64,000 bases of DNA, taken from Octopus vulgaris. Lineage: Eukaryota. The stretch spans positions 57,474,001-57,538,000 of the forward strand of contig OX597829.1 of assembly GCA_951406725.2 (NCBI GenBank), in the 5' to 3' direction. Positions 15,800-29,528 of the stretch are shown in pieces (the stretch's first letter is position 1; every line of letters begins with the position of its first letter). The notes below the pieces were generated by a model, which was given only the letters and a program-made list of their open reading frames with translations, made no database searches and was not told where the DNA came from. The position numbers were made by a program, and so were the translations under genes.

Positions 15800-17693
15800 A
15801 ACATCATACCTGGCCTGTGCTGACTCCTATTGAATTTCCAAGCGCATGTCTAGCTCTTTAGCTGTTATCAAAGAGAAATACCGAAGAGAGGTAGCTCTGG
15901 GTAGATTTTAAAATATACTGTATTTTCCGGTGAACAGGCCGAATTTTTCAGATAAAAATTTACAGCCAAAAAGGTTGGCTAACTTATACACAAAGATGAT
16001 TTTGAAGAACCGAAAATTCCACGTGAAATGCAGCGGGATTTTGAAAGATAATGACTATGTTTTGAATGTTTACACGATATACTACGTCGGTTTTTATGTT
16101 GAAAAATACAGCACATCATTTCGTCTGCCAATATTCTCTGAAACATTTCCCTCCTTCGGTAAGTTTGTCATCTTTCAAATATATATACTTAGATACTTAG
16201 GTTTTGGCCAGAATTGGCCCGGGTAATGTCTAAATAGCACCACTTGGAAAAGATACTTATTAATATTTCATATTACATTCATTCTTTGGTCACCGTAGCC
16301 TATTCAAGTGAAGAGTTATATTTTTGCAGTGATATCTACTGGCGTAGGTGGTTTATCTGGAATTTTCGGAGAGATTTTCCCTAAAACCGTTTGAATGTTG
16401 TGAGAACTTTTTCTTCTCTTATGTTTCTTGGCATAGTGTAAAAGAAAGCAAAGCAAGTTGGGGTGAAATAGTTCTGCCTTAGTTTTGTGATGTGACGCGA
16501 ACACTGTTTTTGTAGAAGACGGATGGCACGGAGACGAAGCCTTCGTGGATTTTAATTTTAAAGATAATGATAACATTTGATTGATGTTTATGGAATATAT
16601 TTTCCGCATACAAATGGTTTGGCGCTCTCAACGACTTTGGAAGAAATAGAATTTGAGATTAGTTAACCAATCCCAATATTCAAGAACTGTCATGTCGCCT
16701 ATCTTTTTTTTGTGATTGATCTCTGAAGTGTTTCAATTTTTAGATTTTGTTTCGTGTAGGGAGAACATAGCCGACTACAGTGTTCAGGGTGAGGACAGGC
16801 GAAGGTGGAGAAGAGAAGGATAACGGTAAGAGCATCTTTAGATTACAAAGTCCTAAGGATCCAGGAGCACGTTCTGTGGACCACGCCAACTTTGTCGTTT
16901 ATTTGGATATTCCAGCATAAGTTGTTGATTCGTTCCCGCATCCATATAATTCTATTAGCCCCAGTTCCCTTCTTCAGTAAATTTGAGAAATTTTTACGTA
17001 GAATACAAATATTTTTCAACGAATGAGCAAAAAAACACGAACAACAAGAAAAAAGACAAGAAGAACAAATTCTCACAAAGGCATTATTACTTTGAGGCTT
17101 GAGAAGAAAAATGTATGGGTCCTTGACGCTTTGGACATTAGTCTTTCATCATAAAAACGAAAAGGAAAATAGGTAGTGAAAAGGAGGAAAGAAGAATGAA
17201 AAAAATAGAGCTAAAAGTGGGAATTCGGTTCTAAGGAGAAGAGTTAAGAAGAGAGGAAGAGGTGGGAATGTTGTGTGCATGTATAGGAGAGCATCCGTGG
17301 AAGGAGACGGGCGTAGAGGGTGCTGTATGAGCACTTTGAGGTGCAGGTGGTTAGCAAAGAGTGAGTGAAGTGGGATGTGAATATGGCATAGGTGAGAGGA
17401 AAGCAAAAAGACAGGCCAAGTGAGGAAAAAACGATGCTATTGATGAGAAAAAAAAAATTAAAGGAGGTACAAGCTGAGAGGAAAAATTACAAAATCGATA
17501 AAAAGTGGAAAAATAAGAAAGAGGTAAGTCATGATGCCCGAAGAAGATGTACTTGAGTGTGAAAGAGTTTACAAAGTAGAAAGGGTTATGAAAAGAGGTA
17601 GAGAAAATTGGAACACGTGGTATCTCTGACAGAGAAATTTGAACGGATCACCACAAAAGGGAAAGGTTGTAAAAGAATGAGAAGATGTAGAAT

Positions 17694-17757
<64 letters not shown>

Positions 17758-17950
17758 GAATTGTATTAAAAAAAGCAGCAAAAATTGTTGCGAGAAAAGT
17801 TATTATACACAGGTTGAGAGAAAACGGGTGATGAATATGTTGATGAAATCCAACAAAAATAGTAAAGCTTCCATTATAACTAGAGTGCAACAATCCAATA
17901 TTACAGAGAGACACAGGTATGGTTTATCGATCAGTTGGTGACGTTCGTGA
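15800..17950 (-). mobile_element. Possible highly decayed APE-type LINE (CR1/L2-like) remnant
   Basis: Only weak remnants such as KTKAELF; many stops. Confidence 0.3.
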
Positions 17951-18169
17951 GAAGTCATTCAGGTAAGTAACTGAACCAGGGATGAATTGTTTAAATGAGG
18001 TGGAAACATATGTTGCTAGGCAATAGATCAATGGAAGATTGTAGCGTCGGTTTTGTGGAGAGAAAGACAGAGAGAGAGAGAGAGAAGAGAGAAGAGAGAG
18101 TGAGAGCGATATTGTAGCGGAAGGTTTGTGGGGAGCGAGGCCTGGTGAGAAACAACCCAGTGTGATATG

Positions 18170-18330
18170 GCGGGTTTCTTTCAGTTTCTGTCTACCAAAT
18201 CCATTCTCAAGGCTTTGGTGGACCGGGGCTTTAGTAGAAGATTCTCACCCAAGGTGCTACTCAGTGAGACCGAACTCGGGACTATATTGTTGGGAAGCAA
18301 ACTTCTTACCACAGAGTAATGCATGTGTCT
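18170..18330 (-). mobile_element. SINE fragment
   Basis: tttcagtttctgtctaccaaatccattctcaaggctttgg family, also at about 21950, 28160 and 30825. Confidence 0.7.
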
Positions 18331-18704
18331 AAAAATACAAATAATTTTTAAAGTTGGCCCGATTTCTAGGTGAAATATCTTTGCTTCAATATTGTTGGGA
18401 TAGAGTGAATGAACGAATAAAAATATTGTAGACAAGTTAAATGACCTACATTTAGATTATATAAAATCTGCTTGATGAAATTCCTAACAATAGAAAAACA
18501 GAGATTTTGAAATCAAGTTATGTACAAGCACATACAAAACCCTTGCAGGAGATATGAATGTCGTATTGGGTTACAGGATACCTCTCAGACATCGTTAGGT
18601 CATATGCAAAGAACGACTTTATCAGTACAAGAAATAACCTTGAGAATTTTCATAACATTTCGTGACATGTAACGACAGTGGCAACTAACTTATTCTTTAT
18701 TTTG

Positions 18705-19200
18705 GTCAGGCTTCCATCCAGTCCTCCAAAACAAAACCATTTCGCCAAACATCTCCATCTATCATCACCACTTTCAGTTCATGGACAGAATCCAATCCTG
18801 TGTCCTCTTCCAGGATGTCAATAGAAGGCAGACAACATCTCCTACACTTGTTGGTACCATGTTGTGCGTCCCAGAGTTCAAGGTTTTGTGCTTCTTCTTC
18901 CTGGTATTGCATGAAAACATCATTCTCTAATCTTGTTGGTCACTTTTGGAAGGCTTTCATAGGGATGTTCATTGGTTATGTGCTGCAGCCATCTTGCATT
19001 CAGGGTCATTCGTAGCATCCTTGTGCATCAGCCATCTAAACTCTTTCTTGCTTTTCACTGCAATACAAGAACTCTGACTCTTCGGGGGTAAGGAACTGTC
19101 TGGTTTTTCTGAGTCACGCAGTGTGAGTCACGCTGTTCAAGTTTATGCTTTTCTGATTTTGATACCAGCATCGCAGATGTTTACCCAACTACCAACTACC
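18705..19200 (-). mobile_element. RTE LINE 3' fragment
   Basis: MLRMTLNARWLQHITN; LWDAQHG..IDILEEDTGL..MIDGDVWR. Confidence 0.65.
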
Positions 19201-19279
19201 TATCTAAAACTAACAGCAATTACAAAATAGCAAAAATTAAACTGCATGAAGCAAGAATGTGAGCATCACAGCCATCATA

Positions 19280-19890
19280 TGCAAAACGAAAAAAGACATT
19301 TGGGCCGTATTCACGAGTGATGGGACGAGTGAGGCTGAACTGGATACAAGAATTGCAGGTCCTTGTACAATAATGTGTTAGTTGAAGCGTTCGATCCTCA
19401 GAAGAGCAGCGGTTGGTAAAAGAGCCAAACTAGCTATTTTCAATTTAGTTTTCGTGCCTGTCCTGACCTATGGACATGAATGTTGGGTAATGTCCAAAAG
19501 CATACAATTGAAATTACAAGGAACCGTAATGGGATTCCTCTGAAGGATTTATGAACAAGGTGCGTAGCTCGGACATTAGGGAGTCTCTCTCTTTCAGTTG
19601 AGCCTCTACTTTCCCGCAGTGGGATTCCAAAGCTCTGTTACAATGAACTTGTGATTGAAACATCGCAGAAAAGAATCACAATCTGGATTCTTCAAGCTGA
19701 GCCAACAGGCAGGGGACCGAGAGGTAGACCAAGAGCTAAATGGCTGGATAATATCCACAGATTCAGTTGGTCACACTTGGATATCTACCCAGAAAGACTA
19801 ATGACGGTTCTTGCTCATAGGATGCAATGAAAGATGTGCCCAAGAATTCTGCTCATGACCTTTCCAGGAAGAGTGGGCAGAGAAAATAGA
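19280..19890 (+). mobile_element. RTE (Rex3/Expander-like) LINE 3' fragment
   Basis: FTSDGTSEAELDTRIAG, KLAIFNLVFVPVLTYGHECWVM, RGPRGRPRAKWLDNI. Confidence 0.8.
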
Positions 19891-20153
19891 TGAATGGAAA
19901 GTTTACTTAAACACTTAGGTTAAATACTTAAATAAATAAAACGCAAGACACAAAATTAGGGACAAGATCAAGGTTATAGTTATATGTGCGATGAAAGATT
20001 AATAAAAAACACAGAAAACTGAAAGAATAGGGCAGAAATCAGTAGAGTAAAACATGCGCACACTTTTACATGTATGTCACGGGGTGCATCAGCTGTTTGA
20101 GAAGGAAGTTTAAACTAAACAAAAATATTTATTAGAAAAATCTTTATAGAATG

Positions 20154-21190
20154 CGATGAATGATGGACCAAGATGCTTGACATCGCCATGAAAACTTTAG
20201 TATATATAGAAAAACATCTTTATAGAATGCGATACACATATTCTTACATACACATAGCAAACTTTTATTTAATGAAACCAGCGTCAACCTCTATTACTGT
20301 CCAGGTAACGCTTCTGAAACGACTAAACGCGTTTATCGGGCGATCTTTACTTATATTGGTCCAAATAGCAAACATCAATGAATCCTTAACAGTGTGGGCA
20401 TGCTCGATGGTCTCCTTCTCTATGATGCCCCAGGCGAAGTAGTCCAGAGCGTTTATTTCGGGAGAGCTAGGAGACGAAATGTTAGAGATGCCATGACTAT
20501 GGAAATCTTTGGCCATCCACTCCTGAGCCGTATAGGGAGTAGAGTCCTTGCTGGGACACGTATGACCTCTCTCGATCCAGGGCAACCGACGCCATTTTCT
20601 TGAGGTGAGCTGTCGCATTAATCTGGCAGGAAAAAGTGAAGTGGCATGACATGGCCCTCATTGTTTATGACCTTCAGACGATGGGAATTTAATGTAGGGA
20701 ATTCATTGGCGCCCACACAAAGCCATCTGTTATCCTTCCTGTTCACCTTTTCATTCTAGACAACGATCTTCCCATCTGAGAAGAACCAGAGCCTGTCAGT
20801 CTCCTTGGTGTGCTTGAGTTCGTGCAGCAAGCGCTTTAGCCGGACCACACGGCTCTCCCAAGTTATATCGGATAGGAATTACTTTCTTCTCGTGATATAG
20901 GAAGTCTTCGTGCATCACACATGTAATCGTTGACAATGATATGTGAAGATGTTTGACAATGGCTCACATTGACTGGCCGGGTTTCTTGTTAATGGTGCTC
21001 TGGACTTGATAGACAAACTCGGCTTTCCTGATAATGTCTGACCGTTGAGAATATTATATTTTTTGCCCACGGAAGATACATACCTACCAGAATCCACGAG
21101 CTTTTTCTGGTCTTATACATAGCATATAAGACGGTTGCAATCTCAGAATCATTGTGGTTGGTGTCTTATGTGAAGAGAACAGCATGCATT
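20154..21190 (-). mobile_element. Decayed Tc1/mariner (DD37D-like) transposase
   Basis: WFFSDGK and SPSSPEINALDYFAWGIIEK motifs. 20154-20708 is duplicated in inverted orientation at 43424-43977. Confidence 0.75.
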
Positions 21191-21714
21191 AAATTCGTGT
21201 GCGTTAGATTCGAAGTTTGTTGGGCTGAAGAAGAGAGAGGATATTTAGTTAAGGTTTGGGCCACTTATGGATCTTAAGACTTTAGTTTCCAAAGAGCTAC
21301 CGTACTCTGTAAAGAGTTCAAACGCTGATTTTGATCGTCTTCAACGCTACTGCAGTCGATGTTGCTTCAAAGTATCCACGAAAGTCACCAGCAAGTCCAT
21401 CAGCCTCCTCATCTTACAGTGAGACAAATGCTTTGAAACTTACTGACCTGCGCAAATAGAACGTATACAGACTTAACAAAGAGGACATTTCTTGGATCAT
21501 TTTACAAAGTTTCTGGTTTTATGAACTATATTTGTCTCCTCAAACATTGTCCGATATTTAAAAAGTACCCGTAATTGTTTGCGTGGGGTAAACCTTTGTT
21601 CGCTCCACTGACCTGGTTTCATGCCAGGTAGTTTCTCCACAGACCAGGGAATCTTGCACATAACAAAACACAACAATCATATAATTTAATTATTACAAGT
21701 ATAACACATAGGTT

Positions 21715-22070
21715 TTATCTTATACTTGTTTCAGTCATTAGACTGTGGCCATGCTGGGGCACCACCTTGAAGAACTTTTGTTAAATGAATCGAGAAAGTA
21801 CTTATTCTTTAAGCCTAGTACTTATTTTATTAGCCTCTTTTGTTGAACGGCTAAGTTACGGGGAGAAAGAAACCAACACCAGTTGTCAAGCAGTGGTGAG
21901 GGACAAATGCAAACACAGACACATACACACGCAGTTGACAGGATGCTTTCCAGTTTCCGTCTGCAAAATCCACTCATAAGGCTTTGGTCTACCCGGGGCT
22001 ATCGTAATAGCACGCACTTGTCTAAGATGCCTCGGAGTTGGACTGAACCCGGAACCATTTGATTGAGAAG
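21715..22070 (-). mobile_element. SINE (tail gcatggccacagtctaatgactgaaacaagta on the minus strand)
   Basis: Shared with copies at about 10770, 24500-24925, 37130-37320, 40600 and 60830. Confidence 0.75.
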
Positions 22071-22139
22071 CGAAGCAAAAACATCTTGCAGACTACAATA
22101 GTCAATAAAATAGAAATGAAATTTTAAAATTTATTCTTT

Positions 22140-22197
22140 TCGTGAGGCCCGGTAGCAAATGATCCGTGGTGCGGTGGTTGGGGAGACCCCCGCTAGA
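22140..22197 (+). mobile_element. Possible hAT (Charlie/Buster-like) terminus
   Basis: ggcccggtagcaaatgatccgtgg...ggttggggagacccc resembles GGTTGGGGACCCCTG ends. Confidence 0.35.
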
Positions 22198-22479
22198 AAG
22201 AACTGCTTTGCATATACAAACTTGACATTTGATCTCACATTCGCGTATGCTTGACATCAAATCATATGTTGATTGGCTTCTGTTGTTTGCGATTCAGTAT
22301 AATAAAAGCATTATTGCAGTTCACATCTAGGATTACAAACAATGCATACAAACTGACAGCTGAATGGTGCGGGATAGAAATATTCAATACTATCTGAAAA
22401 CAAGAAATTATAAATTTCAGAGTATTGAAAGAATCAGCGGGTATCTACTTTCACGGATGACTGAATCATGCATCCATTC

Positions 22480-22860
22480 ATCCATCTATTCTGCCCTCTA
22501 TTCATGGAAGAATCATGGAGGTACAGTCCTTAGGCACACCCCCCATAGGGCCCTTTCAGAAGCAACAACTGTCATTACAATTTCTAGCTGGATTCCTGAG
22601 CATGGCCCACCGAGGCGATGTGTGTAATATCCAACTATCTCATTCTCGGTTTACCTCTGGGTTTCCTGCCGGCTGGCTCGACTTGAGGAATCCGCACCAC
22701 GATGCTTTTCTGTGACATTCTAATCACAGGTACATAGTACTGGAGGTGTGACCTCTGAATTCGGAGAAGTAGTGGACTCGACCTTGAAAGACTTTCTGAT
22801 ATCTGAGCTATGCACTCTGTCGAGTGACGTTACACTTGAAATACCCCGGAGGCACCCCAT
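22480..22860 (-). mobile_element. RTE LINE 3' fragment, same family as 19280-19890
   Basis: PLLLRIQRSHLQYY..RMSQKSIV..AGRKPRGKPRMR. Confidence 0.7.
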
Positions 22861-22989
22861 TTCCTTCGATTGTATTCTTTCGGTCATTATTCAGCATTCG
22901 TGTCCATAGGGGAGGATACACACGAAAACCGAATTGAAAATAGAGAATTTGGCTTTTTTCCACAACCTCTCCTTTTCTCATTTCTGTAT

Positions 22990-23210
22990 TGCCCACAAAG
23001 GGCTAAACACAGAAAGGACAAACAAGGACAGACAAAGGGATTAAGTCGATTACATCGATCCCAGTGCGTAACTGGTACTTAATTTATTGACCCCGAAAGG
23101 ATGAAAGGCAAAGTCAATCTCGGCGGAATTGGAACTAGAAACGTAAAGGCAGACGAAATTCCGCTAAGCACTTCGCCCGGTGTGCTAACGTTCCTGCCAG
23201 CTCGCCGCCT
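22990..23210 (-). mobile_element. tRNA-derived SINE (ggcggcgagctggcag head)
   Basis: Body gactttgcctttcatcctttcggggtc; second copy on + at 23590-23800. Confidence 0.8.
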
Positions 23211-23589
23211 TCTCCTTTTCTGAGAACCAAATGCTAGAGTTGGTACATTCCTGTGCTGGCATCTGTATTTCTAGTATCTAATCCAGTCTCCTGCTTTACA
23301 TCACTTGTGAATACAGCTTGGAAATCCTTAAACCCATCCACTTTCCACAGAGTTCACTGGGAAGATTTTGTTGAGAAGTCCCTACTGATTTCAGTTACTT
23401 GCCATCTGAAATATCCCTATTTGCGCGCCATTTTTACTTGAATTCCTTCCTGGGAAACTGTCTGGGCCATAAAATAAATATCCCCTAGTGTAATTAGTGA
23501 ATAGCTGAAGTTACTTTCTCAAATCGTCTGGCATTGTCCCTGGGTTTTCTATAGTGTTTTAAATGACAATTTTCGTCTGCTACCATGGC

Positions 23590-23800
23590 TGTTAGCTGGC
23601 AGAATCATTAGCATGCCGGACAAAATGTTTAGCGGATTTCATCCGTCTTCACGTTCCGAGTTCAAATTCTGCCGAGGTCGACTTTGCCTTTCATCCTTTC
23701 GGGGTCAATGAAATAAATACCAGTGAGGAACTGAAGTCGATGTAATCGACAAACCTTTCTTTTCCTCAAAATTTCAGGACTTGTGCTTATTGCAGAAAGA
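23590..23800 (+). mobile_element. tRNA-derived SINE, inverted partner of 22990-23210
   Basis: agctggcagaatcattagc...gagttcaaattc...gtcgactttgcctttcatcctttcggggtc. Confidence 0.8.
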
Positions 23801-24499
23801 ATTTTCGCCTGCCGCAGGGCAGATATGAGGGACCACATACCTTTCAATGAACTACATCGTCATCTCTGTTTTTAATCACCTCAACGCTTTTATCTTTCAT
23901 ATCACCAATATGATATATCATTTCATCGGTTACACTATGAAACAGAATTTGGTGTCCGAATTATTAAACCTGTTTTCAGGTCGCTGATTCTAAACATTCC
24001 ATCAATTTTTCTCCATATGCTCTGGTTATTGAAATACAACCCACTGGGTACAAGTATTGATGATTACAAATCATTGATGTTACCTTTTGGATAAAAATAA
24101 TGGCTCTATACAAGAAGAATAGGTTTGCTTGGAGTGAAATTACATCCCTAGAATCAGACAATGGTGAAATGAGTGTGTTATCATCGATACAATATTCATT
24201 TACTCAGATGTTTCATAGAAGTGGTATTTCGGGCTCATCTGTGGTGAACTGACCCATGATGGACAAGACGTCTGGTCCAGCATCATAGGGGTATCTTTGA
24301 TTGTTTCTTACTGCTTAGTCATCTTAGTTGAGTGACCAGCTGCGATCATCAATCCATATTTTTTGTGTTTGTTGACAATCAAAAACTAGAGCTGATGAAA
24401 CTAAATGAAGGTCACATTTTTATTCAGTGGTGTGAATTATCCTAGCCTTGGGTGTAATATCTGGGGCACTGAAAAACTTCCTCAAATATCTTCCCCATA

Positions 24500-24925
24500 T
24501 AGGTATGGGTATGTGGTAGGAAGTCTGTTTCCCAACTATATGGTCCTGGGTTCGGCCCCACTGCATGGCACTTTGGGCAAGTGTCTCTTACTACAGCCTT
24601 GGGTCAATGAAAGCTTTATGACTAGATTAGATAAATGGAAACTGAAAGAAGCCTGTCCTATACATATTTATATGCATGTGTGTTTGTGTATTTGTGTGTA
24701 TATGAATGTGGCTGTGTGTATGTGTGTCTTTCTGCTTGTTTTTATCCCTCACTACCTCTTGACAATCGGTGGTAGTTTGTTTACCTCCCTATAATTTAAC
24801 GCTTCGGTAATACATATCGACAGATTAAGTAGCAACATTAAAAAAAAGTAATGGGGTCGATTTGTTTGACGAAACCCAACAAAGCCGTACCCAAAATGGC
24901 CGCAGTCCAATAACTGAAACAAATA
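24500..24925 (+). mobile_element. SINE (near full length, diverged)
   Basis: gtggtaggaag...ggttcggccccactgcatggcactttgggcaagtgtc...ggccgcagtccaataactgaaac. Confidence 0.7.
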
Positions 24926-25559
24926 GATGCAGCTATCAAGTAAAACTTCCTTCCTTTTCTTGTTTATTGCATAGTTTGTATAGAAGCAAAAATTTACTTC
25001 AGAATAGCGACAGCATTAACGTGTAAGCAAACTGGCGAATATTGGTTAAGGGTCGAGGTTAGAAATTAATGTTAATATTTTTACCGAATAATTGTTTACT
25101 AATCTGGATGGGAGGGTCACCCAGCCCGTCCGCCGCTGCAAACTGCGTCTATCAATATCATGCAAATTTCAAGACTCAGTGAGCATTGATAAATCGAACG
25201 CACTTTAAGGCCAACGGATAGCTTTATCGACCAGTACAGATCCATAAGTGCAGGCGAGCATGTGTGGTAAGAAACTTCCTTCCCAACCACATGGTCCCGG
25301 GTTCAGTTCTACAGCATGGCACCTTAGGCAAGTGTTTTCAACTATAGCCCCGAGCTGACCAAAGACTTGTGAGTGGATTCGTAGAAGGAAATTGGAAGAA
25401 GCCCGTCATATGTATGTCATTATTCAATTTATTTTAAGATTTCTTGCCAATAGAGAAAGAAACGATTTCTAACCTGGATCCAAGGCTCCTTCATTGGAAT
25501 GTCAACATCAACAACAGGGTATTTTTGTTTGTATGTATGTATGTATGTATGTATGTATG

Positions 25560-25890
25560 ACATAGAAATAATCGGAGTGAATACCCGATCGCGTGGTTAA
25601 ACCATTGGGAGTGAAGGACTCCTAGCCTTTGTTAGGGCATCCTTCTAGGAGAAGGCAACTCAGGTAACTGGGATAACTCCGACATAAAACCTGCGGCTCA
25701 GTGGTTACCGATGATGTTGGCTTGTTCTTCTTTTAATATTATGGCTGCTGTTGCTTGGTGAGTGGGATTGACTCAGTGCACAGCTTTTCCTCACTTCAAA
25801 AAAAATCTTCTTTCACGGGCATTGCACGATAACAACATTGATTAAGCTTCGCGCAATGGCAATACTCGATAACGAGGGGACAGCCACCAT
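25560..25890 (+). mobile_element. Possible RTE 5'-UTR-derived non-autonomous repeat
   Basis: gggcatccttctaggagaaggcaactc resembles the RTE/BovB 5' motif gggcaaccagtctaggagaaggaaaactc. Confidence 0.4.
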
Positions 25891-26222
25891 GTATGTATGT
25901 ATGTATGTATGTATGTATGTATGTATGTATGTATGTATGTATGTATGTATGTATGTATGTATGTATTATGTATGTATGTATGTATGTATGTATGTATGTA
26001 TGTATGTATTATGTATGTATGTATGTCTGTATGTATGTATGTATGTATGTATTATGTATGTACGTATTTATGTATGTATGTATGTATGTATGTATGTATG
26101 TATGTATGTATGTATTATGTATGTACGTATGTATGTATGTATGTATGTATGTATGTATGTATGTATGTATGTATGTATGTATGTATGTATGTATGTATGT
26201 ATGTATGTATGTATGCATGTAT
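25890..26222. repeat. (TATG)n microsatellite
   Basis: Directly visible. Confidence 0.95.
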
Positions 26223-26414
26223 GACGGGCAGAAAAAGCGCTCCGAAGATACACTCAAAGCCTCACTGAAGTGCTTTCAGATCAACTCTAACACCTGGGAA
26301 ATGTAGGCACAATTTTCAGTCATTGGTGGCGGCCATGTCGGGGCACCACCGTGTTTGGTTTAGTCGAACAAATCAATCCTAGTATGCATTTTTAAGCCTA
26401 GCACTTATTTCCGA

Positions 26415-27640
26415 GCCGTCGTTGTCGACGATGACCAGGATATCACAATGGGAGAAGACAGGCCACGCTGCACCCGGTTATGCCGCAGGTCGGGCACTAG
26501 TTTTTGCTGAGAATGAAAGCAAGGAATGAAAGCTCTGAACTAGTACAGCTCACATTTTCTTTGTGCTCCTGTTCGTAAGAAGCGGCACCTTTGTTGATGC
26601 AGCTACAGTAGGTAGGGACGTCCTGTGCCTGCATTTCCCAGCTGTCGGAGTTGATCTGAAAACACTTCAGTGAGGCTTTCAGAGTATTTTCGAAGCGCTT
26701 TTTTCCCTCACCTTGTGTGTGCTTGCCCTCTGCGAATTCACTGTAAAGCAATCTTATGGCTAGTTGTGTGTCACGCATTGGAACAAGGTGGCTTTCCCAC
26801 CTGATCTGCGCTCTCCTTAGCAGAGTGTAAATGCTTGGCGGATCAGCTCGAGGACTTCCGTGTCCTGGACCTTGTAGTGACATGGGATTTTCTATAGCTT
26901 TCTCAGACAGCTCATATGGAAAGTGGTTCAGCCGTTTGGCGTGGTGTTCGTAAACCATCCAAGGTATATATTAGTGGAGGTGTACAACTGCTTGGTACAT
27001 CTTCAACTTGGTGCCCACCCTAATACCTCTCCTCTCCCAAACTGATTCACGTAGATGCTCGGATGCTGAGCTCCTCTTTGCAATGCGTGTGTCGACTTCA
27101 TTGTATATATTTATAGTTCTGTAGAGTGTGCTGCCAAAGTACGTGAATTTAACAAGCTTCAGGGTTTCCATTTCTACAGTGATAGTTGGTTCCACATACT
27201 GTTTTCGTGGGGCAGGTTGGTACATGATCTCTGTCTTCCCAGTACTGATTGTGAGGCTAAAGTTGTTGCAGGCAACAGAAAAGCTGAGTATGAAGTCGTC
27301 TGTGAACAGGAAGCTGCACACTGAGTCCCCGTTTACCTTGGTCTTGGCCAGTAGTTTCCGCAGGATGAAGTGTCTGACATCAGTTCCGAATCTCTGACAT
27401 TGACGCTGGTTTTGTTGATGCTACGGAAGCAATCATTCAGCATGGCTAGGAACATCATGTTGTACAACATAGGTGCCTTGCTTGACTCCGTTAGCGGCTG
27501 AGAATGTGACAGAAGAATCTCCACAGTCCAGCACCCCTAGAATGTCGATAATGCCGTCGTGTAGCTGATGCACGACGCCGATTAATTTGTTTGGGCAGCC
27601 GAACTTCCAAAGCCCCTCACGACTGACGGTGTCAAATACA
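26415..27640 (-). mobile_element. RTE (BovB-like) LINE, 5'-truncated and decayed
   Basis: [60 protein letters not shown]; tail ggtcatcgtcgacaacgacgg. Confidence 0.9.
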
Positions 27641-27671
27641 TAATACGTACATACATACATACATACATACA

Positions 27672-27761
<90 letters not shown>

Positions 27762-27763
27762 AG

Positions 27764-28136
27764 GTGGAAGCGCAATGGCCCAGTGGTTAGGGCAGCGGAC
27801 TCACGGTCATAGGATCGCGGTTTCGATTCCCAGACCGGGCGTTGTGAGTGTTTATTGAGCGAAAACACCTAAAGCTCCACGAGGCTCCGGCAGGGGATGG
27901 TGGTGATCCCTGCTGTACTCTTTCACCACAACTTTCTCTCACTCTTACTTCATGTTTCTGTTGTACCTGTATTTCAAAGGACCGGCTTTGTCACTCTCTG
28001 TGTTACGCTGAATATCCCCGAGAACTACACGTGTCTGTGGAGTGCTCAGCCACTTACACATTAATTTCACGAGCAGGCTGTTCCGTTGATTCGGATCAAC
28101 CGGAACACTCATCGTCGTAACCGACGGAGTGCTTCC
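27764..28136 (+). mobile_element. tRNA-derived SINE, same family as 1300-1689
   Basis: A box TGGCCCAGTGG, B box GGTTTCGATTCCC, full body similarity. Confidence 0.9.
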
Positions 28137-28739
28137 ATATACACATACATACATACGACAGTCTTTTTACAGTGTCCGTCTACCAAATTCACCCACAAGG
28201 GCTATAGTAAAAGATGCTCATCCAAGGTGCCACGCAATGGGACTGAGACCAAGACCACATTGTTAGGAAGCAAGCCTCTAACCATGCAGGTAGGCCTATA
28301 CACACACATACACAAACACACATACATACACACACACATATGAATACACATATACACACACACATGTGTGTTGAACAGAATTAATGAGATCTATTATATT
28401 ATGGATGCGCACAGTCTGATATAAACTTTATCATATCTTATTTCAATACACTGTTTTTTTTTAATGTACAACACCATATTATGGAAGGTTCCATTATGCT
28501 ACAATGGACGCTGGCATGGCTGTTTGGTAAGTGCTTTACATGCCAATCACGTGAGAATGTGTTCAGTCCCACTGCATGGTTCCTTGGGCAAATGTCTTCT
28601 ATTATAGTCCTGGGCTGACAAAAGCCCTGTGAGAGTGGATTCTATGAGCGGAAACCGAGAGGAAACTGTCGTACACACATGTGTGTGCGCTTTCATATAT
28701 ATCTACACACACACACATACAAATATATATACATATATG

Positions 28740-28832
<93 letters not shown>

Positions 28833-28874
28833 GTACGTATACATATATATATATATATACGTAAATATATATAA

Positions 28875-28973
<99 letters not shown>

Positions 28974-28974
28974 A

Positions 28975-29248
28975 GCGTCGCCATGACTGGCCCCGTGCCG
29001 GTGGCACGTAAAAAGCACCAACCGATCGTGGAGGTTGCCAGACTCGTCTGGCCCCTGTGCTGGTGGCACGTAAAAAGCACCCACTACACTCACTGAGTGG
29101 TTGGTGTTAGGATGGCATCCAGCTGTAGAAACATTGCCAGATCAGACTGGGCCTGGTGCAGCCTTCTGGCTTCTCAGACCCCGGTCGAACTGTCCAACCC
29201 ATGCTATAATGGAAAACGGACGTTAAACGATTTTGATGATGATGATGT
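28975..29248 (+). mobile_element. SINE 3' part with RTE-like (GAT)n tail
   Basis: Duplicated ggtggcacgtaaaaagcacc; ends aaacggacgttaaacga..gatgatgatgat. Confidence 0.65.
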
Positions 29249-29308
<60 letters not shown>

Positions 29309-29528
29309 ATATAAATAAAAGGGGCAGGCAACAGGTTGCTTAGCCGCATACCGAAAAAATTAGAAATAGCAGTCTACAAATGGAGTCTACAAATGGGACT
29401 CCACGTACGACATATCCCTGCAATTCACATATGCAAAACATATTATATTATTATATCATATTATTACTAATTATTATATTATTATATTACTAATTGTATA
29501 TATGCAAATATAGATGCATATATAAATG

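Noticed and set aside
23850-24400. Unique-looking stretch as a possible exon
   Set aside because: Stop-riddled with only a short ORF and no recognisable motif; left unclassified.
27764-27840. tRNA genes (also the heads at about 1689 and 41685)
   Set aside because: A and B boxes are present, but they continue into SINE bodies without a proper acceptor stem.
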